Assembly: GCA_964247055.1 (NCBI GenBank)
Contig: OZ176052.1
Coordinates: 6,882,001 to 6,946,000 of the forward strand
Source of the DNA: Paragordius varius
Taxonomy: Eukaryota; Animalia; Nematomorpha
DNA: 64,000 nt
Reading direction: 5' to 3'
Shown: positions 61,831 to 64,000 of the stretch, piece after piece
Position numbering within the stretch: position 1 is the first letter of the stretch
Layout of the letters: each line of letters begins with the position of its first letter
Notes under the pieces: model-generated
Databases searched by the model: none
Told to the model about the DNA's origin: nothing
The model's input: only the letters and a program-made list of their open reading frames with translations
Made by a program: the position numbers and the translations under genes

Positions 61831-64000
61831 TATGTATTACCCATTAATATTTTAGTCTTTCCAACAATCAATCAAATATTTTCAACAATCAATATGGTTT
61901 ACCCATTAATATTTTAGTCTTTCCAACAATCAACCATATATTTTCAACAATCAATATGTATTACCCATTAATATTTTAGTCTTTCCAACAATTAACCAAA
62001 TATTTTCAACAATCAATATGTATTACCCATTAATATTTTAGTATTTCCAACAATCAACCAAATATTTTCAACAATCAATATGTATTAACCATTAATATTT
62101 TAATCTTTCCAACAATCAACCATATATTTTCAACAATCAATATGTATTACCCATTAATATTTTAGTCTTTCCAACAATTAACCAAATATTTTCAACAATC
62201 AATATGTATTACCCATTAATATTTTAGTATTTCCAACAATCAACCAAATTCAACAATCAATATGTATTAACCATTAATATTTTAGTCTTTCCAACAATCA
62301 ACCATATATTTTCAACAAACAAATTATATCTCCCATTAATATTTTAGTCTTTCCAACAATCAACCAAATATTTTCAACAATCAATATGTATTACCCATTA
62401 ATATTTTAGTCTTTTCAACAATCAACCAAATATTTTCAACAATCAATATGTATTACCCATCAATATTTTAGTCTTTTCAACAATCAAACATATATTTTCA
62501 ACAATCAAATTATATCACCATTAATATTTTAGTCTTTCCAACAATCAACCATATATTTTCAACAATCAATATGTATTACCCATCAATATTTTAGTCTTTT
62601 CAACAATCAAACATATATTTTCAACAAACAAATTATATCACCCAGTAATATTTTAGTATTTCCAACAATCAACCAAATATTTTCAACAAATATGTATTAC
62701 CCATAATATTTTAGTCTTTCCAACAATCAACCATATATATTCAACAATCAAATTATATCACCATTAATATTTTAGTCTTTCCAACAATCAACCATATATT
62801 TTCAACAATCAATATGTATTACCCATTAATATTTTAGTCTTTCCAACAATTAACCAAATATTTTCAACAATCAATATGTATTACCCATTAATATTTTAGT
62901 CTTTTCAACAATCAACCAAATATTTTCAACAATCAATATGTATTACCCATCAATATTTTAGTCTTTTCAACAATCAAACATATATTTTCAACAATCAAAT
63001 TATATCACCATTAATATTTTAGTCTTTCCAACAATCAACCATATATTTTCAACAATCAATATGTATTACCCATCAATATTTTAGTCTTTTCAACAATCAA
63101 ACATATATTTTCAACAAACAAATTATATCACCCAGTAATATTTTAGTATTTCCAACAATCAACCAAATATTTTCAACAAATATGTATTACCCATAATATT
63201 TTAGTCTTTCCAACAATCAACCATATATATTCAACAATCAAATTATATCACCATTAATATTTTAGTCTTTCCAACAATCAACCATATATTTTCAACAATC
63301 AATATGTATTACCCATTAATATTTTAGTCTTTCCAACAATCAACCAAATATTTTCAACAATCAATATGTATTACCCATTAATATTTTAGTTTTTTCAACA
63401 ATCAACCATATATTTTCAACAATCAAATTATATCACCCATTAATATTTTAGTATTTCCAACAATCAACCAAATATTTTCAACAATCAATATGTATTACCC
63501 ATTAATATTTTAGTCTTTCCAACAATCAACCATATATTTTCAACAATTAAATTATATCACCATTAATATTTTAGTCTTTCCAACAATCAACGATATATTT
63601 TCAACAATCAATATGTATTACCCATTAATATTTTAGTCTTTCCAACAATCAACAATATAATTTCAACAATCAATATGTATTACCCATTATTTTAGTTTTT
63701 CCAACAATCAACCAAATATTTTCAACAATCAATATGTATTACCCATTAATATTTTAGTTTTTTCAACAATCAACCATATATTTTCAACAATCAAATTATA
63801 TCACCCATTAATATTTTAGTATTTCCAACAATCAACCAAATATTTTCAACAATCAATATGTATTACCCATTAATATTTTAGTCTTTCCAACAATCAACCA
63901 TATATTTTCAACAATTAAATTATATCACCATTAATATTTTAGTCTTTCCAACAATCAACCATATATTTGTAATCAAATATTTGCAACAATCATTTTATAC
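61831..64000 (+). repeat. Sub-array 4 (right layer, resembles sub-array 2)
   Basis: Core-specific markers disappear. The run at about 62280-62520 matches about 13520-13780 (CAACAAACAAATTATATCTCCC, then CATCAATATT monomers), and CAACGATATATT reappears at 63591. Confidence 0.6.

Larger units (their letters stand above)
1..64000 (+). repeat. Tandem satellite DNA array, 61-62 bp monomer, about 1,030 copies, single orientation, runs off both window ends
   Basis: TTTTAG...CAACAATCAACCA...CAACAATCAA...CCATTAAT recurs every 61-62 bp from base 1 to 64000 (e.g. the A of TTAG at 2823 and 2885). No unique sequence or inverted monomers were seen. Confidence 0.99.

Noticed and set aside
1-64000. CRISPR array
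   Set aside because: No unique spacers are present. The variable segments are drawn from a few recurring variants of the same monomer, and there are no cas genes or leader.
1-64000. Telomeric or subtelomeric repeat (C-rich/G-rich strand asymmetry)
   Set aside because: There is no short canonical telomere motif or G-run pattern, and the unit is a 62-bp complex monomer with HORs. A subtelomeric location cannot be excluded but is not supported here.
1-64000. Assignment to a named satellite family or organism
   Set aside because: I do not recognise the consensus with confidence. Similar monomer length alone is insufficient, and a database search is required.
1-64000. Promoter, TATA-like or terminator motifs (TATAAT, TATATT, T-runs)
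   Set aside because: These are expected by chance in a 76% AT repeat, recur in every monomer and have no downstream genes.

Overview
The whole 64-kb window is one uninterrupted, head-to-tail array of about 1,030 copies of a 61-62 bp AT-rich satellite, all in one orientation. The + strand consensus is ATTTTAGTCTTTCCAACAATCAACCATATATTTTCAACAATCAATATGTATTACCCATTAAT (about 24% GC, 13 C versus 2 G per monomer). I find no genes, RNA genes, transposons, CRISPR spacers or unique sequence, and the six listed ORFs are by-products of the repeat. The structure worth noting lies inside the array. Each monomer is built from two copies of a 21-bp core plus about 10 bp of linker each. A distinct 76-bp insertion monomer with a diverged 60-bp partner occurs about 46 times. 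Higher-order repeats (HORs) are nested, with offsets of 305, 489, 1242, 1314, 1602, 2766, 3404 and about 5615 bp, and near-identical multi-kb blocks recur 13.7-28.3 kb apart. Variant classes are layered, with the right end returning to variants otherwise seen near the left. This resembles eukaryotic centromeric or heterochromatic satellite DNA (inference), but organism and function cannot be determined from the sequence. I see no evidence of a new gene-based system. Offsets were counted by hand from diagnostic variants, and block boundaries are approximate to about one monomer.
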